Assembly (NCBI GenBank): GCA_028534125.1
Contig: CM052816.1
Span: 88,538,001 to 88,602,000, forward strand
Reading direction: 5' to 3'
From: Lama glama
Taxonomy: Eukaryota
DNA length: 64,000 nucleotides
Part shown: one piece after another, positions 13,530-26,856 of the stretch
How the letters are laid out: each line of letters starts with the position of its first letter
Position numbering within the stretch: position 1 is the first letter of the stretch
Position numbers and translations under genes: made by a program
Notes under the pieces: generated by a model
Seen by the model: only the letters and a program-made list of their open reading frames with translations
Told to the model about the DNA's origin: nothing
Databases searched by the model: none

Positions 13530-13870
13530 GATCAAGAATCTGGCCTTGATGGAGTCAAAAATATTGAATTTTTGAAGTTTTAGTAAATTTTCATTCCATT
13601 TCCATGGATGATAAATCTGATTGGAATAAAATATCAGAAAAGATCCTGGGAAATTGGAAGGTGATGTTTTAACATTTAAGAGGTAGGATTCAGAATTTTT
13701 TTAATTTTAAGGTTGTATGGGAGACTGCTTCATTCTTCCAGATATTGAGACAAAGAAACAAGCAAAAACATCAGCAGAAAAGCCCAATTACCTAGATAAT
13801 TGGTCAGACAGTAAATTGAACCAGTTGCCATTTGACAACTCACAGATTCAAAATTTCCACTTAGCTTTAT
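13530..13870 (+). mobile_element. Possible CR1/L3 LINE remnant
   Basis: Weak similarity of 'aaattggaaggtgatgttttaacatttaagaggtaggattcagaat' and 'aaaatttccacttag' to the CR1 RT region. Confidence 0.3.
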
Positions 13871-14215
13871 CTGGTGTAGTCCAGGCTCTCCAAACAATCA
13901 GTTGTTCTTTAATATAGTTTTAGAATGCCCCTAGGCTTCTGCCATTGCCTTGAGGAATATATTTAAGAAATCTACCTCTTTTTTTTTTTTTCTAAGCTGT
14001 TCAACACTACTGGAGGAATTTTCTCACCTCATAGTCTTTCAATATTTTATATTATTTATACTATTATGTGAGTGTGGTCAGCCTCTTAAATCTTTTCCTT
14101 CATTGTACACCTTTTTCCAGGTGATCACAGATTGCAATTAAAAATGTTTTTCACTGCGGGCCAAGATGCCTGAGAATCTCCCAAAATGACTAGCAGAATT
14201 TAAAATGTCTTTGTC

Positions 14216-14565
14216 TTTTTTTTTTAAATTGAGGCATAATGGATATACGTTGTATTAGTTTCAGGTATACATTTGATATTTGTATATATTGTGCAATGAG
14301 CACCACAGTAACTATAGTTAACATATGTCATTATACAGTTAGATTTTTTTCTAACGGTAAGAATTTTTGAGATCTACAATCTTGGCAATTTTCAACTATA
14401 CAATACAGTATTATTAGCTACAGTCATCATGCTATACATTACCTCCCCTATAACTTATTTTATACCTGGAAGTTTGTGAATTTTGACTCCCCTCACCCAT
14501 TTCTCCCACCTCCCACTCTACCTCTCTGACAACCACCAATCTGTCTCCTGTATCCATTAACTTGG
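14216..14565 (-). mobile_element. L1 3' end (laurasiatherian L1MA9-like)
   Basis: Poly-T, then 'aattgaggcataat...gtattagtttcaggtatac...gagatctacaatcttggcaattttcaa...caaccaccaatctg'. Degenerate TSD taaaatgtctttgtctttt / taaaacgccttcctctttt. Confidence 0.85.
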
Positions 14566-14679
14566 TAAAACGCCTTCCTCTTTAACATGGCCAGACAATC
14601 AATAATTAGTTGTTTTCATTTCTCTGAATGATTGCTCACACCCCCTTCTATTGACCACTTTTGGAACAGCTGTTACTTA

Positions 14680-15435
14680 TTTGAAAGCCCCAGAAACTAA
14701 CTGTATGACTTAAGCATAGAGGTTGCCTGTCAGCTCACAGAAGTTCGTAAGACGCTAGATCTGGAAGAACAGAGTTTAAGCAGAAGCCGGAGCTGCAGTC
14801 AAAACCATGCCATGAAGACTGCAGAGAACTGCTTCTTCTAAAAAGCTAGAGGAATGCTTTCATTGTTGCTTCCATTGTCAGCATCAGACAGTAGATACTT
14901 TTTCCCCTGGAAAATGCATCTGGCTAATCCAGCTGCCACTGCCAACAGAATGTATTCTCCTCTGGCTCTGCATTTTTGTTACTATATCCTTCTTCATGAG
15001 TGTTTACAATGAGTTCAGGTTATGAGACATGTTGATACATTAGTGGGACACCAAGTGGGCTGGATAGCTTCCTTCAAATTATGCCGTAAGAAATATAACA
15101 CTTACTTTTAACAAGATAATGTGTATCTTACTTTACAGACCAGTGTTGTGTTAACTGAGATTCTACCCCTTATGTGTTCTCATTTTAGGACTTAGGGTGA
15201 AAGAGCAGAATAATATGATGTATATGGAAGCTTCTGCTCTGACACTGTACACAATCACTTCTGTGTACATTTCCTTGATGGAAGCAGATTACATGGCCAA
15301 GTATGGTGTTAATGGGGCAGGAAATTAAAATTCTGCCCTAAAGAGGCACTCAAAATAACCTGACAAAAGACAAGGATGTAAAATCCTTCAATACTTAAGA
15401 CAGTGGATAATTGGAAACACTAATAAAACCTACTG
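14680..15435 (-). mobile_element. Old MaLR (MLT1) LTR fragments
   Basis: 'acacaatcacttctgtgtacatttccttgatggaagcagattacatggccaag...aatggggcagg' is an antisense MLT1J-like core. Probably two fragments. Confidence 0.55.
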
Positions 15436-16455
15436 AAGTATTATATTTTCTTTCTATAGTGTGAGGTGAGCCTCGTCAATCCTTTTTTGGTAGAATTTCA
15501 ATAAATACTTTTAGGTTTCAAATGCTTTGCACATACATTATGATAATTATCCACTATAGTTTTTGTGATGAATTCTTTTAAATATATAGTCTTTTAACTT
15601 GTTTGGCCTCTTTTTGATACCTCTAGGATTATGAGTCACAAAGGCAGCATCTTCAGAGGACAGCAGACTTATCATTTCTATCTGTTCAGATTAATACATT
15701 AATACATATGATGAAGGTTACCTACTACGAGCTTTATCCTATTCCCCTTAGAAATATCTCATTTTCACAATTGTTATAGAAATATCCCCATGGATTTGAC
15801 AAATAGTTCTATAGTAATATAATAAATGTCTAATTAGAGGTAGATTAAATATGATCTGATTAAGAAATATGGTCTAAATATAGCCCATCCTTGTGACTGA
15901 AGTTAAGATAATAATACACTGTTTGAAAAACCAGCAGAATTTCTTGAATAAACTATCAAAATAACTGTGATCAGCCTACTATTGTTAATGGTTTGGGGAA
16001 TAATTATGTAGTTTGTTGAAATTTAGCTCTACACTCCAAGAAGAAATGCCCAAGAAACTAAATGAGTGTCTTTTAGAGGAAATTCAATAAAATCCTATCA
16101 AACTTGGTTCTGTGTGAGGAGTTGTTCTATCCCTGTGGGGATGGTACAGGTTAATCTTCACATTTCCCCAACTGGTACGATATATATATATAAAGAGACT
16201 TGAATATGCTCAGATAAATTACCAGCCAGAACACCTCTTGTCTAGATTGGAAAACTGGGAAATGAGCAATACAGGCAATTTTTAAGAGAAACATTAAGAT
16301 TTTTACAAAAAATTGTTGCTAAAGCTCCAAAATTCTTTATCTTGCAAGCTGAAGCATGTCCTTGCAATTCAATAACAAACACATAAAACATTTTATATTT
16401 TGAAAAAAATGCAGGTTAAGATCTTGGTTCCAAAAGCAGTCTAAAAATGGAAGAG

Positions 16456-16647
16456 ATATTTGCAGTTGTGTTCAATTTGAAAAGTATGTGAAAACAGGAC
16501 AATTCTCAATGAAATCTAGAGGACTGGAAAAGTAAGGAAGATCTGGTGAGAGATGTGGATGTGCAGGTTCCAGAATAGTCCTCCAGATTCTAATGAGGTA
16601 ACAATAGGGTCAAAAATCAATAATCACCATTCTGTATTTATATGCCT
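16456..16647 (+). repeat. Copy A of a 192-bp inverted duplication (partner 28218-28409)
   Basis: Manual ungapped alignment to the reverse complement of 28218-28409 gives 12 mismatches in 192 bp. Confidence 0.95.
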
Positions 16648-17033
16648 TAGAACTGAAGCCATTAATATATATTTGCTCAGTCGTTGGGTCCTCACAACTG
16701 TTCTGAGGTAAACAGGGAAAAACAGACTTGAAATGAAACTGGAACTCCTGTAAACAGATGCATTATGCACCAAACTATACAACTGAGTGCATTCATATTC
16801 TTTACCTACTCAATTTTTTTCTTTTTTTGCTTCTTTAAAATTTGACAATAAAGCCTAACTTCTAATATGAAACATTTTGTTCAGATAAGCATTTGATTTT
16901 ATTAATGAAATAGGTACAAATAATTATAAAACAGATATTTTACCATTAGATTAAATTTGGATAATTTATATAATATCTTATGTTTATTAACAAATGTTAA
17001 TACAGTTCAGATAGGAGACAGCATCTTACATGC

Positions 17034-19394
17034 TGTATGAGTTTCTTATGACTGCTGTAACAAATTGCAACAAACTTGGTAGCTTAAACAATAAATATTT
17101 TTTCTTTCACAGTTTAGGAGGCCAAAAGTTTGACATCAGTATCACCGGGCTAAAATCAAGTTGTGTTGGTAGGGTGACCTTTTCTCTGAGGCTCAAGGTA
17201 GAATCTGTCCCTTGCCTTTTCCAGGAGATACTGCCAGCATTCCTTGGTCTGTACCGCATCACTACAATCTTAGCCTCCATAGTCATGTTGCCTTTTTTGT
17301 GATGTGTTTAACCTCTCTCCTTCTTATATGAATACATGTAATTACATTTAGGGATCACCCAGATAATCTGGAAAATCTCCTCATCTCAACATGTTAATTT
17401 CTATCAGTTCTGCAAAAACCTTGCAAAAGTCTTTCGTTTTTCCCAAATAAAGTAACACTTACCTTATGGGTATATGCTTAAGGGATTAGGTCTTGATATC
17501 TTTGGGGGACATAATTCAGCTTACTATAGTCTTCTCTCTGGCTTTCAATGATTCATGTCTATAAGGCATGCAAAATATATTCACTCCCCCTGCCAAGAGC
17601 TCCAAAGTTACAACACATTTAAGCACTGACACACATCCAAGATGTCATCTAAATACCATCAGTTCCAAAATTCCAAATCTCATTATCTAAATCATTTAAA
17701 TTAAGAGTGTATGAGATCTTTCACATGATCCATTCTGAGCCAATTTTTTTCTCCATCTCTGTACCTGTGAAGCTAGGAAAGCTATCTGGTGCCAGAAAAT
17801 AATTATGAGATAGATATAATCTAATATTTATAGACATCTCCATTCTAAGAGGGAGAAAATGGAAGGAAGAAAGGATTAACAAATTCCAAGTACTTCTGAG
17901 ATCAAGCAGGGCAGGTTCCATTGTTTTAAGGACTGGGAATAATCCTCTGTATTCAGACTGACATCTGCAATACAGCTCCAGCTTCTGCTGCTGGGCTTCT
18001 GGCCGACATCTCTTCTTCTGAGCCCAGTGCTATGGCCTCTGGGCCCAAGTTTCTGTCCTCAGAATCATCTTCCCTTATAGTTGAGGGGGAACATATGTTT
18101 GCTTCTCAGTAGTTTTATCATCCTATTTTCTGTCTGTAGAGTTTTTGTATTTCAAAGACCTTTCTTCATTTTATCCCATGTCTATCCATTTCAGTCCAAG
18201 CTTGTAGTATTAATGGCAGTACAGCATTCTCAAAAAACTTTGTAGGCTGTCCATGCAAGTCACAGGGATCCCAGAGATTCACACCTTTAGACAAAGAATC
18301 CTGCACAGATATTTTTTTGGATAATCTCACCTCTATTCCAGGGGTCTACTGGTTGAGTGAATCCATGAGCCATTTATGTAATCTTTTCAGTACTAGTAAA
18401 AGGTTGTCCAGACACACCATTGGCCTTGCCTCCAAAGTATGCTTTCCTAACAGTTACTCTCCCAATTCTATCATATTTTTCCATCTGAATAGGCTTAGAA
18501 TTTCCAAAAATTGTCAAGCGCTGGTTCTCTTTGCTTAAGTTTTTTTCCCCTTAATTTATATCTGTCTGCTTCCATTTTGCTAAAATTAGACTAACATCTT
18601 TAATGCTTTGCTTGGAAATATCCTCAAGTAAACACCCAGTTCCTTGCTTATAAGTTCTGCTTCTCCAAACAACTGTAGAACATGATTCAGCTAAGTTTTT
18701 GTCACTAAACAGCAAGGTTTGCCTTTCCCTCGGTTTCCAATGATATGTTCCTTTTTTTCCTTCTGACCTTTGCTTTTAACCCACATTTCCACTAACAGTC
18801 TGTTTATATATATCTAGGCATTTTCTATCACGTGCCACAAAATTCTTCCAGCCCCTACACATTATTAGATTCCAAAGCCCCTTCCACATTGTCAGGCTTT
18901 TATTACACAATATCACATATCCCTGTACCTCATCTATATTAACTTTCTGTGGGTTGTTTAACTTTCTGTGGGTTGTGGGTTGTTTCTGTTGGTGACTTAA
19001 AAGAACATAAATTTATTGTACCATAGTTCTAGAGACCCGAAGTTCAGAAATGGTGTCACTGGACCAAAATCAAAGTGCTGGTAGGGCTTCAATCCTTGCA
19101 GAGGCTCCAGGAAAAAATTTGTCACTTGCCTCGTCCAGCTTCTAGTGGTTGTCAGCCTTCCTTGGCTCATGTTACATTTCTCCAGTCTCTGACATCACAA
19201 TACCTGGTTTATTTCAAATCTCCTTCTGCCTCCCTCTTATAAAGATAAATGTGAAAGCATTTAGGACCCAAGACGTATCCTTAACTTAAACACATATGTA
19301 AAAAAAGATCATTTTTTTCCTAAATTAATTGAGATTTACATGTTCCAGGCATTAGGACCTGATATCTGTGAGGAGCATTCTTCAGTCTACTATA
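17034..19394 (-). mobile_element. Full-structure MaLR provirus, MLT1D-like: LTR (17034-17528), internal region (17529-18934), LTR (18935-19394)
   Basis: Two homologous LTRs (ctaaaatcaagttgtgttggtaggg / ccaaaatcaaagtgctggtaggg) both end 'ttcag..tactata'. The internal region is MLT-int-like. 5-bp TSD catgc (17029-17033) / cacgc (19395-19399). Confidence 0.9.
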
Positions 19395-20319
19395 CACGCT
19401 TTACATCACATTGTTTTCCAAAAAGCGATTTCATTTTACTTAATTTCATGAACATTTTGCTATTATTACTCTGTAGACCTCAGAAGTTTCCCCTTCCTAA
19501 TAAAACGTGATCTTCACTTAATTATTGAAATAACTAAAGAATGATCATTTTTTCCAGAATTCTCAGGTTAAAAACCACTTAAAAGGATGTTAAAGTATGT
19601 ACCATTTTATTGTTTGATTTTCCTATTGATATATAACATATAGGTTTTCTCTAGAATAATGGTGCTTTCTCGGTGGGCTAACTGTTAGACTTACTTTCAT
19701 TCTGTTTTCAGGCATTCAATAAGTGGACTATCATGTGATTATCATTAAAGACAGATTATTACATTATAAAATGGAACACTATATTTTAAAACACATGACA
19801 CTTCATTATCTTCTGATAAAAGCCACAGCTAGGACATAATGCATATATTTAATATTCTCTGTTAAGTAGCAGGTTATTTCAAGACAGCCTACTGATTTAA
19901 AGCAATAGGCTGATGAAAACATAGCAACTACAGGTATACTATGTTGCAGAAATTGCCAGTCCATTCTATTTCAGCTCATTATACGACAAGCTTCTTCAAA
20001 GGACCAAATAAGACTCTATCACTTGCTCCTGGAGCATGAAGTTGTTGCAATTCGATTTTTGGAATGATACTTCCAGAAGTGTAAAATACTTGTAATTTGA
20101 AATGCAGATACTGACTCTCTCACAGATCTGCCTGGCCACACTCTGCTTCTCATACATGAACATTCATTGTGAATCACTTAGGAAATCTGAACCAGCAGAA
20201 AGCAAGATCCTTTCTGTTTGCTCATTAGTTCAATGCAAATGCAGGGAGTAATTAGGATCTTGTCTCTGGGATATATGATTATGTGCATTTGAATAAAGTA
20301 ATGTCATAACACAAAATAG

Positions 20320-20445
20320 TGTAAGACATAATAAAATAGACTTTGGAAACACATTGCTTGAGATGAACTCTAGCTATGCCTCTGACTAGCTATGTGACAT
20401 TGATGAAGTTATTTATCTTTTCTTTAGTAAAATAGAAATAGTGCC
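20320..20445 (+). mobile_element. MIR 5' part (continues at ~21517-21622)
   Basis: 'gactttggaaacacattgcttgagatgaactctagctatgcctctgactagctatgtgacattgatgaagttattta' matches the MIR core. Confidence 0.7.
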
Positions 20446-21516
20446 TGTGGTCAATTGTATTATTGTTTCACATTGTTTTCTCTTTTCACAAGAGGCTCAT
20501 ATGACACCTCCTGGGGTCACAGTGCTTGCATGCCCCTCCCCATGGGAGGAATACTCACCACTACACGACTGACATCAGACATAATCATGTGACTTGCCTT
20601 TGACCAATGAAGTGTGAATGGAGTTGCGTGCCCCACTCCACAGCTGAAGCTTCATGAAATATCATGAGGCTTTGCCTTCACCTACTGTTGCCAGAGCTGC
20701 TCCAAGTCTTTGCTCAAAACCTGCCATCCCCACCTTTAACAAGAGCTAACATAAATCTTTAAGTTAAAGAGTCTAGATATAAAAAAGGAAGCTACAAACA
20801 AACAAACAAACAAACAAAAAACAGATGGAACCAGCTGGGAACAAAACAGTTACAAAGCTGACCTCCATAATACCGAATCTCATTATACATTGATTTTGCT
20901 CTATTAGTATGTTAGATGACACACCTACCAGGGGCCATGACCAGACATTAAGGACCAAAAAAGAATAAAAAGGAGGTGGCATCCCACTCCTTCAAAAAAG
21001 CCCTTCCCCTTCCCCAGTAAACTAATGCATATGCCTCCCCGTCATTAGCCTCACTCCTCCTCTAACAGGCTTTACTCTAAATTAAACCCTTCTCACTAGG
21101 TGGGTTAGAAGTTGTCTGTGAACTTAGTTCCCGCTTCTCTGTTCTTTGGCCACTGAATAAAACTCGCCCTGTGTCAATCTCAGCTTAGGTTTCTTTACTG
21201 GATGCTCAAGCTGAACGGAAAAAGATCCCGTCCCCTTGGAGCGTGGCTCTCCTGCTGGGCTAGGGCGCCAAGCAGGATTCGTAACCTAATAGAGCAGTAA
21301 CACTATTCAACTCTTGTACAAGGACAGCATGTCTCAGATGGAAGTTGACCTTTAAGACTGAATCTCAGAGTTAAGAAGCTGTGATAAATAGAGCCACAGT
21401 CAACCAGAGAGAGTACATAGCATGAGCAAAATATAAAACTCACTCTTCTTTCTGCAGGCTACTAAGATCTTGAGCGTAATGGAAAATTGTACATAACCTA
21501 GCAAATCTGAGTAATA
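20446..21516 (+). mobile_element. MaLR solo LTR (MLT1H/I-like), interrupted by an ERV1 LTR
   Basis: Starts 'tgtggtcaattgtattattg', contains 'catgtgacttgcctttgaccaatgaagtgtga' and ends 'cataacctagcaaatctgagtaata'. Confidence 0.75.
20686..21302 (+). mobile_element. ERV1-class solo LTR (younger)
   Basis: TG...CA termini (tgttgc...gtaaca), an aataaa near 21156 and retained CpGs. 4-bp TSD ctac (20682-20685) / ctat (21303-21306). Confidence 0.8.
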
Positions 21517-21622
21517 GTGGTATCTACTTTGTGGGTTTATTTTGAGCAAGGCTCAGAGAAAGTAGTTAGCAATAAGCCAGGTACAGAGAGGTATACAAAT
21601 AAGTTTTGTTATTATTATTACT
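21517..21622 (+). mobile_element. MIR 3' part
   Basis: 'gtatctactttgtgggtt...gttagcaataagccaggtacagagaggtatacaaataagttttgttattattatta'. Confidence 0.65.
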
Positions 21623-22724
21623 GTCATATTTCAGAAATCCAAGGGGTGACAGTGTAAGAGATGACCACATGTTAGATTTTAAAGGTGTAAGAAAAAATTC
21701 TGTTTGACTGTTTATAATGTACTCTACTGAGTCTAGGAGTGATGGACATATTTTTCCAAATTCTATTGGGAGATAACAATAGAAACTGACTTTTGAAGGT
21801 GTGGATTTTCAAATACTCATGAGATTTATTCATTGAAAGAAAATCAGATAATCTCCCAAGTCTTGTATATTTCTTACAACACTGTCACTGCCCCCCCTAA
21901 CTCCCCCAAAAACAAAACTGACGATTGCATTATTTCTGGGGCTGTACTCTTTCTCTGTACTCCCAAAATATTTCACGAGATTTCATTTGGAATAGGATAA
22001 AAGGAGCTTTCAATAATGATTCTCAAGTAGTGAAAATTATTCTGGGACTGATTAGATGCACTATTCAAATAACATGCAGGCACACAAGGGGATTAAAAAA
22101 AGTTCTAGAAAGTCACAGTAACACCCTGTTCTGCCACCAAATTCCAGTCTTATCCCATGAACTCTCATCTATTTTAAACTGAAGTGGCCATACTTATCTT
22201 CTGAACTTCAAGTTTTGGAAATAAGAGGAACCAGATAGAGTATTTCCAAAGCCCATCAGCCCAAGTGCCTTGATGGTCTCCTTATAAAAGAGGAATTTCT
22301 GGAAACTCAAGTATAGAAATTTGCTTCTGGTGGCATTGTCCTTCTAGTATGTTCATTAAATCTAAAACTCAATCATAAGTCAAGTAAATATTTGATTTAC
22401 AAATGAGCACTTATTTAAGTGTTTATAATCAATGTAAAAGTAGCTTTAGAGATATAATTGATCTGGTAATGTCAAATGCCAGCTGAAATTTCTGACTTGC
22501 CCTGATTGCCCTTTAGAAATTATGAGTATAAATCAATTGAACTTTTCCAGGGCCAGTTGTGCTTTTAAAAGATTTATATTTATTATGAATATGTGTTGAG
22601 TACCAGTGATACACAAAACATTATAGGAGAGCTAAATTTATACACAATGACCATTTGATTATGAAACTACATAAAAGAGACGGACTGTAATCTTGCAATT
22701 AGCTAATATCTATAAAATGATTAT

Positions 22725-22872
22725 TTTTTTCCAAGTAGTATGTTAGGTGCTTTAATTTTCTTATTTAACCAATGCAATGACTCCATATAGTAAATATAAT
22801 TATAAATCCAGAATTATGAAGCGGTTAAAGAGCCTTAGGTATCTTTATCAAGGTCATAGAGCTAGGATTTGG
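22725..22872 (-). mobile_element. MIR fragment
   Basis: 'tgttaggtgcttta...tcaaggtcatagagctaggattt' is antisense MIR. Confidence 0.55.
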
Positions 22873-22999
22873 CAATCAACAGAAGATATGTTTATATTAT
22901 TGGAAATAAGTTTATATCACTGCAAATTCTGAGTTTTAAATGTTATAATATTTGCCTTATTTTACTTCATCCATATAGTTTTGAGTTAAAACCAGCTCT

Positions 23000-23480
23000 G
23001 GCTTTTGTCTTGGTTTTTGGATGAAAGAAACACATGTTCATTATAGAAATATTTGAAAAGTGTGGAATAGCATAAATGAACTGAAGAAAGAAAACATATA
23101 TCATGCCAGCAATTTGTGTATCTCCCTTAAGTCCTTTATTCAGTGCTTTTGTTATATTCAGATCAACACACACACACACAATCTGTTAATACTATGTGAA
23201 AGTTTTTACTTAATATTATGGCATAAGTAGTTTCTTAAGTCATTGACTATCCTCATAAAATACTGTGAATTTGATGCATAATAACTGCATCATGTTATTA
23301 CACATGATAAATATCTTATTTGTACACTGAAAGGTGATTCCTATTTTGAAAAAAAGGAAGGTCCACTGACAATACAAATCCATGGTATTTAGGCATTTGC
23401 TTATTTTTTTTTTAGGATGCCATGAATTCTAGGTTACTTTTAAGTCTCTAGACAGCTCTTGAACAATATGTATTTTTAAA
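23000..23480 (-). mobile_element. Ancient L1ME 3' fragment
   Basis: Degenerate antisense L1ME 3'UTR, e.g. 'aaacacatgttcattatagaaatatttgaaaagtg'. Confidence 0.5.
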
Positions 23481-23639
23481 GATACATGGAATATCATTTA
23501 TAATATCTAATAATGGAGTAAGTTAAAAATAGAAAAAGTTGCAAAGAGTAACTTTTTACCTAGAGGAATGTTAGAGCCAATAGTGAAGAGGGAACCTCTA
23601 ATGGAACCTTTAAGGATAAAATTTCTATATAAAAGTAAC

Positions 23640-24480
23640 TCTATAAATACTTATTAAGTACCTCTCATAAACCAGCCATTGCATTATGTAGTCATTTTTC
23701 CTCTTACTCAGTCATCTGCCTTTTGTCATTCATGTCAGCATTCCATGAGAAGATTTTCATTTGTTAGTTTGAGAGGATTTTTTTTCTATTTTTTAATTTT
23801 TTATTTCTTTGGTCATAGATATATTCCTGTGTGGACTATATGGCAGATATCATTCTAGGTGCTGGAATACAGTAAACAAAACTAACAAAAACAAAAAAAA
23901 TATCTGGCCCTCCTGTTGCTCATATTCCACTAATAATGGAACACTTCACCAGACAGGAAGTAGCAAACACTGGTGTTAGTGAAGCTAAAAGTTCCCGTGT
24001 TTATGTATCTTCTCCTAATATTTTCTTTAAGTTATTGAAAATAGTAAATAAAATGTGCAATGCCTGTAGTGACTTTACCAGGTAAAAGGATGTGAGAAAG
24101 GAGATCCAGAGACTAGTGAGTCATGGGACAAAGGTACAAATGACACATGATTTTCAGGTAACAATAATCAATAGGGTTTGAGAAAATGTAGTCATACAGT
24201 GATGCACTGACACTGGGCATGGCACCATGGTACAAACTCTAAATTTTATAAGTGAAGGGAATGATCAGATTTTTGCCCTAGAAAGATAATTTTGGTGACT
24301 GCAAGGAACTAGGTTATGCATGAGCTAGGAGTAAGACCATAGGTGTGAGACTGGGAAGACATTCAACTCCCACGAACATCAAAGTGTAACCAAATGGTTC
24401 CAAATTAACACAGTGATAGTGGAAATGAAGAAAGAAGAGATAATCAGAAGAAAATCAGTATTTGGTAAAAAGAAGCAGCT
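23640..24480 (-). mobile_element. L2 fragments
   Basis: 'ctatatggcagatatcattctaggtgctggaatacagtaaacaaaac' and 'gatcagatttttgccctagaaagataattttggtgactgc' are antisense L2 motifs. Confidence 0.6.
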
Positions 24481-24599
24481 GAAAAACATGTCACAGGATA
24501 TTTTGAGTTATTGCTGTGCTTCTTTCTAGGTCAGAGGTTCTCTCAGTTCTTGGGTGGTCCCATACCCTCCTGTGTCTAGGGCGTCCTTCTGTGCCACAT

Positions 24600-24820
24600 G
24601 AGGGCACGGTATGGTATTGGAGTCAGAGGAACTTTATTTGAAATATTGTTCTGTCGTTTACTAATTTTCTGATCCCTTGACTCTGTTGCATAGTTTACTG
24701 AGCCTTTGCATCAGAATCTAAAAAGTAGAGAAATAATTATGCCATACTCAGTAATTTAGGCATATTAAAACAGATTATATATATGAAATACTCTGTAATG
24801 TATAAATTGCTATCCACACT
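24600..24820 (+). mobile_element. MIR/MIR3 SINE
   Basis: 'ttggagtcagaggaact...ctgagcctt...atctaaaaagtagagaaataat...atatgaaatactctgtaa'. Confidence 0.6.
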
Positions 24821-26142
24821 TTTACTGAGAATAAAAAAATGATAACTTCAGACACAGGCCAACTTTTAATTTATTTATATTAATGAATTATCCTGATACT
24901 TATTCTCTACTTATAAATGTATTCAGAATTATTTAAAACATTTTTGTGCCTGTTTTGTAGATTTTATAGTGTAAATGTCTCAACTATAACATGTCAAATG
25001 CCAAGAAGTAAGTAAATTCATTTTTTTAGGATTATTGCATTTTTCTGCCCCCGGGCTGACCTGTCGCATGATTATACTTTAGAATGCTAAAGCCAGCGCC
25101 TGTGTTTTGCACCTACCTCTCTGTTTCTAATCAAACCTTTTTTCATCTAACTGCTCCTGTGGAAGCAATAAATTAATTCCTTCAGATATGTTTCTAATTG
25201 ATAATGATTAATATGGAATTCCTTCCATTTTATTAGCTTTTAATTTTGTCACTTTCATAGTGATTACAGGAAGTGATAACAAGATGTCAGGGAAGGTATT
25301 TTTGGACAACAGCTTCCTTCCTTCTAATCCACATAAGTGCAAAGAAGAAAATATTACACAATTACAGGATTTTAATTATAGGTGAACATTTCTGTGTAAC
25401 TCAGTTGCCTAACTGAATTATTTCCTCATTTTCCCAAAATAAGAATAACTACTATGTATGTTTATCACTTTATAGTAAGCAAAAAAGGATATCCAAATGT
25501 CTAAAACAGACGTGAATATATTCAACTAAAAGTCAAGTAAATAAAACATATGATTTCTACTAGTTAAATTCTCAAATAACGTTTTGAAGACTATGATGAA
25601 AAATCACTATATACTGCTGTTGATTAAACTGACAGAAAGCTCTGAATATTAGATTCCTGCTATTTCTCTAGAGACTTGAATGCGTTTAGACCTTTGTTCT
25701 ATCATTTAATTTTTAATATTGTATTTTAAATAAATGAGCAAATGCCCAAATATCTACATTTGTAAGATCAGAGAATCTGCTTTAATTCAAACCTGGAAAC
25801 AACTCAAAGGTTAATAATAAGATTATATTTATTTTGGTATACCTGAATTAGCCATTTTGAAGGTTTTAAATGGACTGCAATGTAGCATATGGAAAAGGAA
25901 GAAAAGAAATCCTAGCACATTACATAGCATATTTCAAGTAAATCACACTGCATTTAAAAATAAAATCTAATTTACATATTCAAAATAGAATCAGTTAATA
26001 TTTTCTTTTCCCAAGTTTTTACTCTTTTCTTTATATTGTCTCCCACTATTAAAAAATGCAAAGCAATAGATAACCATGACAGATTCTTAAGGAAAACTAT
26101 AAAAATAAGTTTAGCTAAGAGAATGCCAATAAAGTTAAACAT

Positions 26143-26325
26143 CAGTACTGTTGAGCTGGTGAGGAGAATTTTCTCCAATGATGGAATTGTTCTGTAAATC
26201 AAGACTGTTTTATACAGTAGCCAGAAGCCACACGTGGCAATTAAGATTTGAAATGTGGGTAATCATTTCCTTTAAACTTAAATGTAATCACTTGTGGCTC
26301 ATGGTTATCATGTTGAACAGAGCAG
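26143..26325. mobile_element. MER3 (hAT-Charlie) MITE
   Basis: 'agaattttctccaatgatggaattgttctgta...cagtagccagaagccacacgtggc...ttgaaatgtgg...gtggctcatggttatcatgttgaacagagcag'. Confidence 0.8.
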
Positions 26326-26830
26326 GTCTAAATTGTGGGTGAAACAAAACTAAATGAAACAACGTGGGGGAGATAAAGTAGCAACCAAAGTTAAATAGGC
26401 TATGAACACTGAATGTGGAACAATAAAAGTTAACGGATAAAAAACAATAAAAAGTAAAACTGTAAGGACAGTACCGAAGGAAAAATTACAGATTAACAAG
26501 TAGAAATTGGAAAATGTTCGGGAGGAATGTGGAATCCAAAACTATTCAGTCATGGAAGGCTGAGGAAAATGACTAAAAATCAATTCATTACAAAAGAACA
26601 GATTCTTTCCTTTTTGTTCTCATTTGTCACTAATCAAGTTTGTATGCTTGCTTTTTCCTAATAAAAATGTGTAACTAGGTTAATTCTTATTTCCTAATGC
26701 ATTTTGGGAGAGATTTCATTAAAACTGTTATGCAAATTGAAATTCTACTGGATTTTATAATTCATTGCCAACTCTAAAGCATTTACTGTCTCATTTATTT
26801 GTCAGGTTCATTTCTGTTAGACTGTATGTA

Positions 26831-26856
26831 GTGCGTGTGTGTGTGTGTGTGTGTGT
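26831..26856. repeat. (GT)n microsatellite
   Basis: gtgcgtgtgtgtgtgtgtgtgtgtgt. Confidence 0.95.
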
